Shown: positions 52,196 through 61,343, counted from the stretch's first letter. The stretch: 64,000 nucleotides of DNA from Anaerolineae bacterium (GCA_016926255.1 JAFGOY010000013.1:2139-66138), one strand, 5' to 3'. Notes: a model not told the origin generated them from the letters alone. Numbers and translations: made by a program.

Positions 52196-52263
52196 CTTCC
52201 AGCCGCCAGTTCTCCCTTATGCCTTATACCGGGATACTCTGTACACAGAGTCCGTCACAGGCC

Positions 52264-53130
52264 CTAATCGACAGCATAGCCACACAAAGCCAGCGCACCG
52301 GGGCCGGTGTGAACACCCATCACCGGCGAGGTCAGCTCGGAGAACATCTCGACCGGGGCGTATTCCTGCATGATGCGCTCGGAGATTTGGACAACCCGAT
52401 CAGGAACGTTGCCATGCAGGATCGCTACGCGAAGCGGCTTTGATGTATCGACCAGGCTAAAGAACCGCTGGTACATCTTTTCGAGGGCGACTTTCTGCGT
52501 GCGGTGCCGTTCGCCGGGTTCGATTTTGCCGGTGGTATGGTCGACGTACAACTGGGGCTTGAGATCGAGCATCGCCCCCAGCCAGCGAGCCGCCCGCCCG
52601 ATCCGCCCACCGCGATAAAGGTATTCGAGCGTATCGACATACAGGAGGGTCACCACGTTCTTGCGGACTTTCTCAGCGGCGTCGACCATCGCCTGGAGAT
52701 CGCCGCCGTTCTCCCTGGCACGTGCAGCAGCCAATACCTGCCAGCCCTGGCTCATCGAATTTGCCAGCGTATCGACGATGGTGACCGGGAAGTCGGTGGC
52801 TTCCAGTGCCAATTGAGCCGAATCATACGTGCTGCTCATCGCACCGCTGATGGTGAGCAGCAGGGCATCCTTCGCCCCATTCGCCCGCGCCTTCTCAAAG
52901 GCCCTGACAAAATCATCGGGGTTGGGCTGAGACGTGGACGGGTGGACGGGATCGGTTTGCAGGCGGTTGTAAAAGTCAACCGGCTGGATGTCGACTCGGT
53001 CACGGAGCTGTTCGCTGCCCCAGATCACATACAGCGGCACGACATCGATCTTGTAGCGAATCAAAAGCTCCTGTGGAATATCACAGGCGCTGTCGGTAAT
53101 CAAAGCTGTTTTATATTTACGCATTGTCAA
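52264..53130 (-). CDS. DegV-family fatty-acid-binding protein
   Basis: ALITDSACDIPQEL, VPLYVIW, LTISGAMSSTY and VGVHTGPGA. Confidence 0.8.
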   Translation of the reverse strand: MTMRKYKTALITDSACDIPQELLIRYKIDVVPLYVIWGSEQLRDRVDIQPVDFYNRLQTDPVHPSTSQPNPDDFVRAFEKARANGAKDALLLTISGAMSSTYDSAQLALEATDFPVTIVDTLANSMSQGWQVLAAARARENGGDLQAMVDAAEKVRKNVVTLLYVDTLEYLYRGGRIGRAARWLGAMLDLKPQLYVDHTTGKIEPGERHRTQKVALEKMYQRFFSLVDTSKPLRVAILHGNVPDRVVQISERIMQEYAPVEMFSELTSPVMGVHTGPGALALCGYAVD

Positions 53131-53338
53131 TCCCTATGTGAGCATACACGAACCCGATTAAGTTGTCTATACAAAGCATAAAACTACCAAACAAAGCGTG
53201 ACAAAAACACTATCCTGACTATAGCGACAGAAAAGACCGGGTTCAATTGTTTTCACAGGCTGCCTGTTGCCAGCCCGAAATCGCCCATGCTACAATCGCT
53301 GCACCGTCAAATCAACAGGGTGGGAATGCCCAGGAATT

Positions 53339-54229
53339 ATGACCAGAAAACGAACCGATCCGATCAGCTTGAGACGCGAGCCCGAACGTCCCCGGCGCAA
53401 ACGCCGCCGGTGGATCATCCCGGTGATCCTGGTGGTGATCATCGGAGGGGCGGCTGTATACGTGTACCGGTTCAAGATCAAGCGGGCATTCGAACCAGCG
53501 GCGACGCTTCCCCCTCCTCCACCAACACGGCAGGCAGACGACTCGGCCAGCCCTGACAACCTCGCACCGGCAGGGCCGCTCTACGAATCGACTTTCGACG
53601 GGGATCAACCGGCTGACGAATGGGAACAGTTCGACGACGGGATCGTCTCGGCGGCGATTGCGGATGGACAGCTCATGGTCGAAGTCAAGGCGCTGGTCGA
53701 TACCGGGACGTGGGCAGGGCTGAACTACACGTTCGAGGATTTCGATCTCGAAGTCGACGCGAAGAAGGTCAACGGGGGAGACGAGAGCGCGGTACTGATC
53801 CTGTTCAGGATGACCGACGAGGACAACTACAACCGGCTGGACATCTACACCGACGGGTACTATTCATTGAGCGCGATACGAGATGGAGAGTTCCGGGTGA
53901 TCAGCGACTTCAACAAGTCGGAGGCAATTATCACCGGGAACGAGATCAACCGGATCAGTGTTTCGGCGCGGGGCGATCAATTCAGCTTTGCGGTCAACGG
54001 GGAAACGCTGCCACTGTGCGTCGCGGTCGACGAAGAAACGCGGCCCCTGTGGGACATCCAAACGGGGCTGTGCCTGGGCGGGGAGATCACCGAAACGTGG
54101 GAAAACGGCGATCTGCCGCGCGGGAAGATCGGGCTGGGGGTACACGCATACGTCGGGTTCGACGGGGAATCTTCAACTGCGGCAGCGGCAGCAGCAGCCT
54201 TCGACAACCTGGTGATCCAGGAGCCATAG
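53339..54229 (+). CDS. Single-pass membrane-anchored protein with extracytoplasmic concanavalin/LamG (DUF1080)-like domain
   Basis: MTRKRTD..RRKRRRWIIPVILVVIIGGAAVYVY (a signal anchor), a Pro-rich linker, and a beta-rich domain ending in FDNLVIQ. The track start is TTG 53267. Confidence 0.5.
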   Translation: MTRKRTDPISLRREPERPRRKRRRWIIPVILVVIIGGAAVYVYRFKIKRAFEPAATLPPPPPTRQADDSASPDNLAPAGPLYESTFDGDQPADEWEQFDDGIVSAAIADGQLMVEVKALVDTGTWAGLNYTFEDFDLEVDAKKVNGGDESAVLILFRMTDEDNYNRLDIYTDGYYSLSAIRDGEFRVISDFNKSEAIITGNEINRISVSARGDQFSFAVNGETLPLCVAVDEETRPLWDIQTGLCLGGEITETWENGDLPRGKIGLGVHAYVGFDGESSTAAAAAAAFDNLVIQEP

Positions 54230-54230
54230 A

Positions 54231-55541
54231 TTGACCAAGAAGAAAATCACAGAGCCGAGGCGCGTCCACCTGGCGTTCATCGGCTGCCGGTTGAACCAGG
54301 CCGAGATCGACCGGATGGCGCGGCAGTTCATGGCACGCGGCTATACGCTGGCAGACGGCGAGCACAATGCCGACCTGGTGGTGATCAACACCTGCGCGGT
54401 AACCCACGAAGCGGAACGGAAAAGCAGGCAGGCGATCCGGCGGGCAGGCCGGGAAAACCCGGGGGCGGAGATCATCGTGACGGGGTGCTACGCGCACCTG
54501 TCGCCTGACGAGATGGCCCGGCTCCCGAACGTCAGCCATGTTTTCGACAACGATGAAAAGGCCCGGCTGGTCGACGAGCTCACCGGTAAAGCGTTGGACG
54601 ACATCGCGCCGCTACCGCCCGGCACGCTGGGGCACACGCGGGCATTCGTCAAGGTGCAGGACGGCTGTGACAATCACTGCACGTACTGCGTGACGCGGAT
54701 CGCGCGGGGATCGGGGCAGAGTCGACCGGCCAGCGAGATCACACAAGAAATCCGGCGGCTGACCGACTCAGGCTACAACGAAGTGGTGCTGACAGGGGTC
54801 AATCTGGGATCGTACGGGCGGGATTGGGGGCAGGATCGCGGGCTGGAATCGCTGGTGCAGGCGATACTGGCCGAGACTCCGATCAAACGGCTGCGGCTGT
54901 CGTCGCTCGAACCGTGGGAGATCGACGCGGCATTCTTTGAACTGTGGAAAAATCCAAGACTGTGCCCGCATCTGCACCTGCCGCTGCAATCGGGGAGCGA
55001 CGGGACGCTGCAGCGAATGGGGCGGCAGTACACCGTCGAGGCGTACAAGGGGCTGATCGAAGCGGCGCGGCAGAGCATCCCGGATGTGTCGATCACGAGT
55101 GATGTGATCGTGGGGTTTCCGGGCGAAACGGACGAGACGTTCGAGGAAACAGCGCGGACGGTCGAGGCGATAGGATTTTCGCGGCTGCACGTGTTCCCAT
55201 ACTCAGAGAGAGAAGGAACGGCAGCCGCGCGGCTGCCGGGTCAGGTCGATCATGCGACAAAGACAGCACGGAAAGCGCGGCTGCTGGAACTCTCCGAACG
55301 GCAGTGGCGGGCCTATCAGGAGCAGCACATCGGGCGGACGTTCGACGTATTATGGGAATCTTCGAAGGGGGAAACGGCGGACGGGTCGATCTGGTCGGGG
55401 CTGACGGGGAATATGCTGCGGGTGATCGCGGTGTCGGCGGAAGAGCTGCGGAACACGATCAGGGCGGCGCGGCTTGAGGGAATCGGGAAGCGGGGGATTC
55501 GGGCGGTGGTGGAGTCATCCCGGCTGAAGTCACCGGGCTAA
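54231..55541 (+). CDS. mtaB: MiaB-like radical-SAM methylthiotransferase (MtaB type)
   Basis: An N-terminal MTTase domain (FIGCRLNQAEID, VINTCAVT), the radical-SAM CDNHCTYC motif, and a C-terminal TRAM-like region. TTG start. Confidence 0.8.
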   Translation: MTKKKITEPRRVHLAFIGCRLNQAEIDRMARQFMARGYTLADGEHNADLVVINTCAVTHEAERKSRQAIRRAGRENPGAEIIVTGCYAHLSPDEMARLPNVSHVFDNDEKARLVDELTGKALDDIAPLPPGTLGHTRAFVKVQDGCDNHCTYCVTRIARGSGQSRPASEITQEIRRLTDSGYNEVVLTGVNLGSYGRDWGQDRGLESLVQAILAETPIKRLRLSSLEPWEIDAAFFELWKNPRLCPHLHLPLQSGSDGTLQRMGRQYTVEAYKGLIEAARQSIPDVSITSDVIVGFPGETDETFEETARTVEAIGFSRLHVFPYSEREGTAAARLPGQVDHATKTARKARLLELSERQWRAYQEQHIGRTFDVLWESSKGETADGSIWSGLTGNMLRVIAVSAEELRNTIRAARLEGIGKRGIRAVVESSRLKSPG

Positions 55542-55571
55542 AATCGAACTGTCGCCTGCGGCGACCCCAGA

Positions 55572-55592
55572 GGGTAGGCACAAGACCTACCC
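55572..55592 (+). terminator. Short GC hairpin 30 nt after mtaB (terminator-like, no U tract)
   Basis: GGGTAGG-cacaaga-CCTACCC. Confidence 0.3.
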
Positions 55593-55682
55593 CTACGAGA
55601 CGGAATCAGGGAAGGTGATATATCGAGTAAAGTGGCATCCCCTCAAAATCCATGTTTACAGCACACAAAATGGAGTGACGCA

Positions 55683-56423
55683 ATGACAAAAGCCGATCAA
55701 TACCGCGAGGTTTTATCTACGCTAGACGACTGGACACCCTATCTGCTAGCCGAGTCGGGGCTGCCGGGGCCGAGGGCAAACCTCGAACTGATACAGGTGG
55801 TGGCCGATAAGGGGGATCAGGCGTTGTTCGAGGCGTACCTCGCCTATGGGCCGGAGGAAGCGCCGGTCAACAGCCCGGAGATGTTCCTGGCGACGTGCGG
55901 CATCGTGGGGATGGGACGGCTGCTGGCCGAAGGGCAGATCGAAGGGCTGGATGTGATCCGCAGGTATGCAAATGATCCCCGGTGGCGGATGCGGGAGGGG
56001 GTCGCAATGGCGCTGCAACGGCTGGGCGACAGGGATATGGATCGGCTGATCAGCGAGATGGAAGGCTGGGCACAGGGGAGCCTGCTGGAGAAACGGGCGG
56101 CAGCCGCTGCGATATGTGAACCACGTTTGCTGAAAAACGATCAGTATGCCAGGAGGACACTGGCAATACTCGACGGAATCACGGAATCCATAATCGAAGA
56201 AGAAGATCGGCGGAGTGATGACTTCAAGGCATTAAGAAAAGGGCTGGGGTACTGCTGGAGCGTCGCAGTGGTTGCGCTGCCGGGCGAAGGCAAACCACTG
56301 ATCGAGAAATGGCTGGCGTGTGACGACAAAGACATCCGGTGGATCGTGAAGGAGAACCTGGGGAAAGCACGGTTAGCCCGGATGGACGGCGAATGGGTCG
56401 AGGCGTGCCTGGCGAGGCTGTAA
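55683..56423 (+). CDS. HEAT/armadillo-like repeat protein (function unknown)
   Basis: GGAGTG lies 6 nt upstream of ATG 55683. It is helical-repeat-like throughout (DPRWRMREGVAMALQRLG, DKDIRWIVKENLGK), reminiscent of the DNA alkylation repair / HEAT-like families. Confidence 0.45.
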   Translation: MTKADQYREVLSTLDDWTPYLLAESGLPGPRANLELIQVVADKGDQALFEAYLAYGPEEAPVNSPEMFLATCGIVGMGRLLAEGQIEGLDVIRRYANDPRWRMREGVAMALQRLGDRDMDRLISEMEGWAQGSLLEKRAAAAAICEPRLLKNDQYARRTLAILDGITESIIEEEDRRSDDFKALRKGLGYCWSVAVVALPGEGKPLIEKWLACDDKDIRWIVKENLGKARLARMDGEWVEACLARL

Positions 56424-56473
56424 AGAACCCCGGGGGGTTATCCGCGAATTGACAATATAGAACATTGGGCGAA

Positions 56474-57139
56474 TTACTTCGACAGGACTACACGAGCATC
56501 CTCGTCCCACTCGATGAGGCGTTCGGGATAGACATTCATCACGGTGGTCTGCATGTAGGGGGTGGTCACGACCGTGCCGGTGCGGTAGATATGCACATGA
56601 CCGTGCAGCATGAGGCGCGGCTTGAAAAGGCGCATCAGGGTTAGAAAGCTGTTAAAACCCCTATGAGGCAGGTCGCTGCCATCGTGGATTCCGTGAGCCG
56701 GGGAATGGGCGACGAGAATATCGAGGTAGCGGCCATACCTGATCTTATTCAGCATCAGCGAGGGAAGCAGTCGAAAAATCCGCTGACGCATCTCAACCTC
56801 GGAGTATTGATGGGCAGCACCGGGCGTATAGCGCATCGAACCGCCCAGCCCGGCCAGGATCGTATTACCCACGCGAATCGATCTCCCTTCAAGGGAAACG
56901 CAGCCGCGAGGCTCAGTGACCGTGATGCCGCTCGACATCACCTGGGGCTTATCGTGATTGCCATGCACGTAGTAGAGATCGGCGGGAAGCATGGTAACGA
57001 CATATTCGAGGTAGTAGTAGGGCAGATCGCCGCAGCCGATCACCAGATCGACACCAGCGTATTTCTGGCAGATGTTCGGTGAATAGACGCCTGCGACAAC
57101 ACTGTCACTGAGAGCCAGGATTTTCATTCGCGGGGACAC
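56474..57139 (-). CDS. Metallophosphoesterase (calcineurin-like)
   Basis: MKILALSDS, GCGDL, VHGNHD, AHSP and HGHVH. The start may be ATG 57127 rather than GTG 57139. Confidence 0.8.
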   Translation of the reverse strand: MSPRMKILALSDSVVAGVYSPNICQKYAGVDLVIGCGDLPYYYLEYVVTMLPADLYYVHGNHDKPQVMSSGITVTEPRGCVSLEGRSIRVGNTILAGLGGSMRYTPGAAHQYSEVEMRQRIFRLLPSLMLNKIRYGRYLDILVAHSPAHGIHDGSDLPHRGFNSFLTLMRLFKPRLMLHGHVHIYRTGTVVTTPYMQTTVMNVYPERLIEWDEDARVVLSK

Positions 57140-57271
57140 TTGTCTCGAAAAGAACTACATTATGCTGCGCTAAATCCACTACCGCTGAGTATAGCACAGT
57201 CAGCGCGGCGGACGTACACACGACGGGCACAGCGCGCTGTGCCCGTACGTCTCATCATGGATAGCACCCGA

Positions 57272-57303
57272 CAAAAAAGGCTGGAGGAAATTCCCCCAGC
57301 CTT
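57272..57303 (-). terminator. Intrinsic terminator after the SAM synthetase gene
   Basis: The minus strand reads AAGGCTGGGGG-aattt-CCTCCAGCCTT followed by TTTTTGT, 19 nt after the stop codon. Confidence 0.75.
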
Positions 57304-57321
57304 ATCGATCAAAGATGCTGG

Positions 57322-58512
57322 CTAGTACATGGTGACTTCCTGGTTCAGCAGCACTTCGCGCAGGCCGACCATGTCGCTCAGCCGGTAATCGAGCACGGCG
57401 GTGACTTCGGCTCTCACCGCGTCGGTCAAATCGCCGCTGATCGTCGTGACATTGGCCGTCGCCACCAGGGGCTGGTCGAGCGGCTTACCGATCTGGCTGA
57501 GGATATAGACCTCGGCCTGCTTGACGTCGGCGACCTGATCGACGATGTCCCTGGCGACCAGGAAAGACAGGACGTTGTAGAGCTTTCCGACATGGCTGAT
57601 CGGGTTCTTGCCCGCTGCCGCTTCAAGCGAGGCGCAGCGGAAAGGCGCAATGACACCCGTCACACGGTTGCCACGCCCGACGGAACCGTCGTCACCCATC
57701 TCGGCGCTGGTGCCGGTGAGGGTCAGGTAGACGGCACCCGCGTCCACATCGTCAGCCGTGTTGACATCGACACGGGCTTTCATAGAGTTGAGGTTGTCGA
57801 CAAAGGACTGCACGGCATGCCGCACCGCGTCTTTGGCCTCGACGTACTCCTGAGCGTCCCTGATCTCGCGGGCCATGAAGGGGATCGCGCAGGTAAGGAC
57901 GGTCTGACCGGCAACGCGGGCACCCATCACCTTGACGTCTTCGCCGACGGGGAACTGGTTGACCAGATCGAGATTGATGTAGTTGCAGGTTTCGTACACG
58001 GACTCTTCGAGGTGCGAATACGGCCAGTGCGCGCAGCCAAAGCTGGTATCGTTGGCGGTGACCTCATTCACGGCGTGCATCAGCTCACTTGAGCCGTGCC
58101 CGGCGTAGCTGTCGATCACACAATGCTGGTCGGGATCGAGGTGCTTCATCGTTTCACGGATGTGGGCCTTCGCCGCGTTGATAGCAATGGCGTCCATCGG
58201 GATTTTAGTGCCATTGGGAGCAACCGGGGTGCCGCGCCCGGCGATCTGGATGCGGATCGGCTTGAGCAGTTCGGCATAGCCGTACCTGACATCGACATCA
58301 CCTGCAACTAACTGGACTTTATCGAAATTGTGATGGAGCGGCGCACCCAGGTTCTTATGACACCATTTGGTGTATTCGACTGAAATGCGCTCGGCGATTC
58401 CATCGCACAGACTGTCCGGATGGCCGATGCCCTTGCGCTCGACGATCTCAACCGGGCGATCCTCGATCCAGGTTCCAATTGCCTTGGTTACTACGATATT
58501 ACGGTCGGTCAT
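57322..58512 (-). CDS. mat: Archaeal-type S-adenosylmethionine synthetase (methionine adenosyltransferase)
   Basis: VEIVERKGIGHPDSLCDGIAERIS...LHHNFDKVQLVAG matches the N-terminus of archaeal MAT (e.g. the M. jannaschii enzyme: EIVERKGLGHPDSICDG...HHNTD). It is not the bacterial MetK fold family. 396 aa, AGGAGG as SD. Confidence 0.85.
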   Translation of the reverse strand: MTDRNIVVTKAIGTWIEDRPVEIVERKGIGHPDSLCDGIAERISVEYTKWCHKNLGAPLHHNFDKVQLVAGDVDVRYGYAELLKPIRIQIAGRGTPVAPNGTKIPMDAIAINAAKAHIRETMKHLDPDQHCVIDSYAGHGSSELMHAVNEVTANDTSFGCAHWPYSHLEESVYETCNYINLDLVNQFPVGEDVKVMGARVAGQTVLTCAIPFMAREIRDAQEYVEAKDAVRHAVQSFVDNLNSMKARVDVNTADDVDAGAVYLTLTGTSAEMGDDGSVGRGNRVTGVIAPFRCASLEAAAGKNPISHVGKLYNVLSFLVARDIVDQVADVKQAEVYILSQIGKPLDQPLVATANVTTISGDLTDAVRAEVTAVLDYRLSDMVGLREVLLNQEVTMY

Positions 58513-58540
58513 GATGATTACTTATTCCTCCTGCTGCGGT

Positions 58541-58580
58541 AAAAAGGAAAACGCCTCTCTCAATGCGAGAAGAGGCGCGC
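58541..58580 (-). terminator. Riboswitch expression-platform terminator
   Basis: The minus strand reads GCGCCTC(T)TCTC-gcatt-GAGAGAGGCG followed by TTTTCCTTTTT. Its 5' arm CTCTTCTC is complementary to GAGAAGAG of the aptamer P1 3' strand, giving an antiterminator alternative. Confidence 0.75.
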
Positions 58581-58609
58581 AACAGGACTGATTCCAGTAT
58601 TTGGCGTCT

Positions 58610-58742
58610 CTTCTCATCTTCCAAAGTCCTACAGAGAGTCACTCTGACGGAATTGGCACCATTCCCCAGGCCAGCGTAGCTGACCATCAGGCGGTTGCCG
58701 AGGCTTCAAAGGGCCGGTCCCTCCACCTCTCAGGATGAGAAG
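58610..58742 (-). promoter_or_regulatory. SAM-I (S-box) riboswitch aptamer
   Basis: The minus strand reads CUUCUCAUCCUGAGAGGUGGAGGGACCGGCCCUUUGAAGCCUCGGCAACC...GGUGCCAAUUCC...GGAAGAUGAGAAG. The P1 helix is CUUCUCAUC/GAUGAGAAG, and the conserved core blocks GAGGGA, GCCC..UGAAGCC..GGCAACC and GGUGCCAAUUCC are all present. Confidence 0.9.
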
Positions 58743-58787
58743 CTGTCTTTCCAATTAACCTGATCTGATATTTTTAACGTGTGCCGT

Positions 58788-58816
58788 AGTCTACCGTGCC
58801 GGGTAAGGACTGTCAA
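58788..58816 (-). promoter_or_regulatory. Sigma70-type promoter of the riboswitch-mat transcript
   Basis: The minus strand has TTGACA (58816..58811), a 17-nt spacer, then TAGACT (58793..58788), about 40 nt upstream of the aptamer. Confidence 0.5.
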
Positions 58817-59009
58817 CAGGCGCTAATCCGACGAAATAGCAACCATTTCAGTCGTCTGCCCGGCAAATTCGCTATCACTATTGATCACTGTTATAGTCGT
58901 ATATGCCAAACGAACACCCCACAAGACGTGGGGTTCTGGTGAAAAATCGACCGGACTTCAACCTGATTTCTCCCTACCCCGGCGCACCAGATAGAAAGAA
59001 CAGCCACTT

Positions 59010-59921
59010 ATGACAACCTGGAATGAAGTATCACTCCAGGTGGACGGAGAAGGCGCGGAAGCAGTTGCCGACGTGCTGCGCCGGTATGTCCACCAGGGAA
59101 TAGCCATCGAGCAGTTATTTCCAGGCGAAGCCTGGGAAGACGAACCACGCCCGGCGGGGCCGCTGGTAGTGCGCGGCTATTTCCCCGCCGACGCAAACAC
59201 GGAGACGGTCAAGGAGCAGATCGAGCAGGCATTGTATTACATGCGACTGCTCTACCCAATCCCAAAGCCGACATTCAAGACAATCGAAGAAGAGGACTGG
59301 GCCGACGCCTGGAAGCAGCATTATCACCCGGTGCGGATCGGGCTGCGCATATTGATCAAACCGGCATGGCTTGAAGCAGATGTGCGAGAGAACGATATCG
59401 TCATCGAGATGGACCCCGGGATGGCATTCGGGACGGGGACTCACCCGACCACGCAGCTCTGCCTGGAAGCGTGCGAACGATTTATCAAACCCGGCATGAC
59501 AGTCGCCGACCTGGGCACAGGATCGGGCATACTGGCAATCGCCGCCGCCCGGCTGGGAGCCAGGGTGGTGGTGGCGGTCGACGTCGACGAGAAGGCGGTA
59601 CAGGTCGCGCAGGAAAACGCCGCCCGGAACGGGGTCAGCGAACAGATCAGGGTGAGCAAAGGCTCCGTCAAGGAACTGCTGGCAGCAGGCAAACAGTTCG
59701 AGATCGGGCTGGCGAACCTGACGGCAAAAATCATCCAGACGGTGATACCCGATGGCCTGGAAAAGATTGTCATGCCCGGTGGACGGTTCATCTTCTCAGG
59801 CGTCATCGACGAACAACAGGACGAGGTTTGCAGCGCGCTCGAACAGATCGGGCTGATGGTCAGCGACATCCAACAGCGCGGCGACTGGCTGCTGATCACT
59901 ACCGAAAGGCAGACAACTTGA
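59010..59921 (+). CDS. prmA: Ribosomal protein L11 methyltransferase
   Basis: MTTWNEVSLQV...EAVADVL, IEMDPGMAFGTGTHPTTQLCLEA and DLGTGSGILAIAAA. Confidence 0.85.
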   Translation: MTTWNEVSLQVDGEGAEAVADVLRRYVHQGIAIEQLFPGEAWEDEPRPAGPLVVRGYFPADANTETVKEQIEQALYYMRLLYPIPKPTFKTIEEEDWADAWKQHYHPVRIGLRILIKPAWLEADVRENDIVIEMDPGMAFGTGTHPTTQLCLEACERFIKPGMTVADLGTGSGILAIAAARLGARVVVAVDVDEKAVQVAQENAARNGVSEQIRVSKGSVKELLAAGKQFEIGLANLTAKIIQTVIPDGLEKIVMPGGRFIFSGVIDEQQDEVCSALEQIGLMVSDIQQRGDWLLITTERQTT

Positions 59922-61024
59922 TCGACGATCCTGACCGCCTGACCGGTTCGGGGCGCACACGACACCTGGCGGCCACCCCGGACGGATTATCTGCGCTGCT
60001 GCGCGAACTGGACGTCAACCCGCCGGGAAGACCTACCTTCAAACTGGTCAGCCGGTGGGCGGCCAAACACGTCTGGCAGGTATCGGTCAACGGCGAAGCC
60101 TGGGCCTATATCCGCTACCTGATCGGGTCTGCCGACGACTACCCCGACCGCTGGCGGCATATGCAGCTCAGCACGATCCTCCACGACGCCCATGTCGGGC
60201 CGCGCGTGCTGGGCCTGACGCCAAAGAGCAACGTGCTCGGACGCCGGGCAGCGATTGTCGAGGCCGCACTCAAACCGATTACCAGGGAAGAAATCGAGGC
60301 GCGGGCGGTCGAGGCGATCACCCTGTTCTCACGCCTGCATACCTATGTTCCACTCCGGGCGGCTCTATACGGCAACCTGACCGAAGTGGACATCGAGCGA
60401 ATGCAGCCGATTCAACGGTTGTTCAGCGAAACCCGCGAGCGGTGGTTCGAGGCGGTGGCCGGTCGATGGCTGGAAGCGGGGCTGGTCGAGATCAGCGACG
60501 CGACGGAGATCGTCAGCGAGTTGATCAACCGGATCGAAGCAGAAATCCCCGCGCCAGAACCGATTACACTGATCGTCCCCACACACAACGACCCGAACCA
60601 GGGAAATTTCATGGTCAACCGGCAGGGCAGGCTGCGAATGATCGATTTCGAGGAACTGACGCTCAGCCACCCGGTCGCCGACCTGGGCATATTCCTGACA
60701 TGGTTCGCCGACCGGGATCAGCACCGGGAACTGCTGAAACATTATCCACTCAGCAATCCTGACGACCTGCTGGAACGAATGGCAACCTGGGTGCCGCTGC
60801 GCTATATCGGGATCGCCGCGCACTGGGCGGCCCGGCTCACAAAAGTGAAGAACAAAGAGGGCTGGGTTTATGCCGCCAACTCAATCGACGAGTGGCTTCG
60901 GGGAGCAGCGGAGATCGTCTTCGATGGCGAACTGCCGTTTTCAATCGCCGACCGGCTGGACACACTCCACGCCGTCCTGCTCAACCGGTGGCCGCTGGAA
61001 TCGACCCAAAACAAAACGGACTGA
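59918..61024 (+). CDS. Aminoglycoside/choline-kinase-like phosphotransferase (APH family)
   Basis: VPTHNDPNQGNFMVNRQGRLRMIDFEELTLSHPVADLG is the Brenner HxDxxxxN motif plus the DFE motif. I placed the start at the in-frame TTG 59918, which overlaps the prmA stop. The upstream part of the track ORF (59471..59917) lies inside prmA and is Arg/Gly-rich junk. Confidence 0.6.
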   Translation: MIDDPDRLTGSGRTRHLAATPDGLSALLRELDVNPPGRPTFKLVSRWAAKHVWQVSVNGEAWAYIRYLIGSADDYPDRWRHMQLSTILHDAHVGPRVLGLTPKSNVLGRRAAIVEAALKPITREEIEARAVEAITLFSRLHTYVPLRAALYGNLTEVDIERMQPIQRLFSETRERWFEAVAGRWLEAGLVEISDATEIVSELINRIEAEIPAPEPITLIVPTHNDPNQGNFMVNRQGRLRMIDFEELTLSHPVADLGIFLTWFADRDQHRELLKHYPLSNPDDLLERMATWVPLRYIGIAAHWAARLTKVKNKEGWVYAANSIDEWLRGAAEIVFDGELPFSIADRLDTLHAVLLNRWPLESTQNKTD

Positions 61025-61091
61025 CACCACCCCATTTTCGGGGCGGCAGCCAGTCCGCTCAACTCGATTATCACACGGGTCGCACAACCTG

Positions 61092-61343
61092 TTACATATC
61101 GTCCTCAACAGGGCCAGAGGCACCTTTTTTATAACGATAGACGATACGCCCCTTTTCGAGATCGTAAGGCGAGAGTTCAACCCGCACCCGGTCACCGAGC
61201 AGAATGCGGATGTAATACTTGCGCATCTTGCCGGAGAGATAGGCGAGCACCTCATGTCCATCTTCTAACTCCACCCGGAACATCATCCCGGGAAGAGCTT
61301 CGGTGACGGTGCCTTCGACTTCTATTTTATCTTTAGAGCCCAT
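61092..61343 (-). CDS. infA: Translation initiation factor IF-1
   Basis: [69 protein letters not shown], plus an 11-aa C-terminal extension. Confidence 0.9.
   Translation of the reverse strand: MGSKDKIEVEGTVTEALPGMMFRVELEDGHEVLAYLSGKMRKYYIRILLGDRVRVELSPYDLEKGRIVYRYKKGASGPVEDDM

Noticed and set aside
54175-54198. GCA/GCG trinucleotide run as a possible tandem repeat.
   Set aside because: It is simply an in-frame poly-Ala tract (AAAAAAA) near the C-terminus of 53339..54229. It is too short to call a repeat locus.
59471-59917. First ~149 codons of the long 59471..61024 ORF.
   Set aside because: They lie entirely inside prmA in another frame and translate to Arg/Gly/Pro-rich junk. The recognisable kinase sequence begins at the in-frame TTG 59918.
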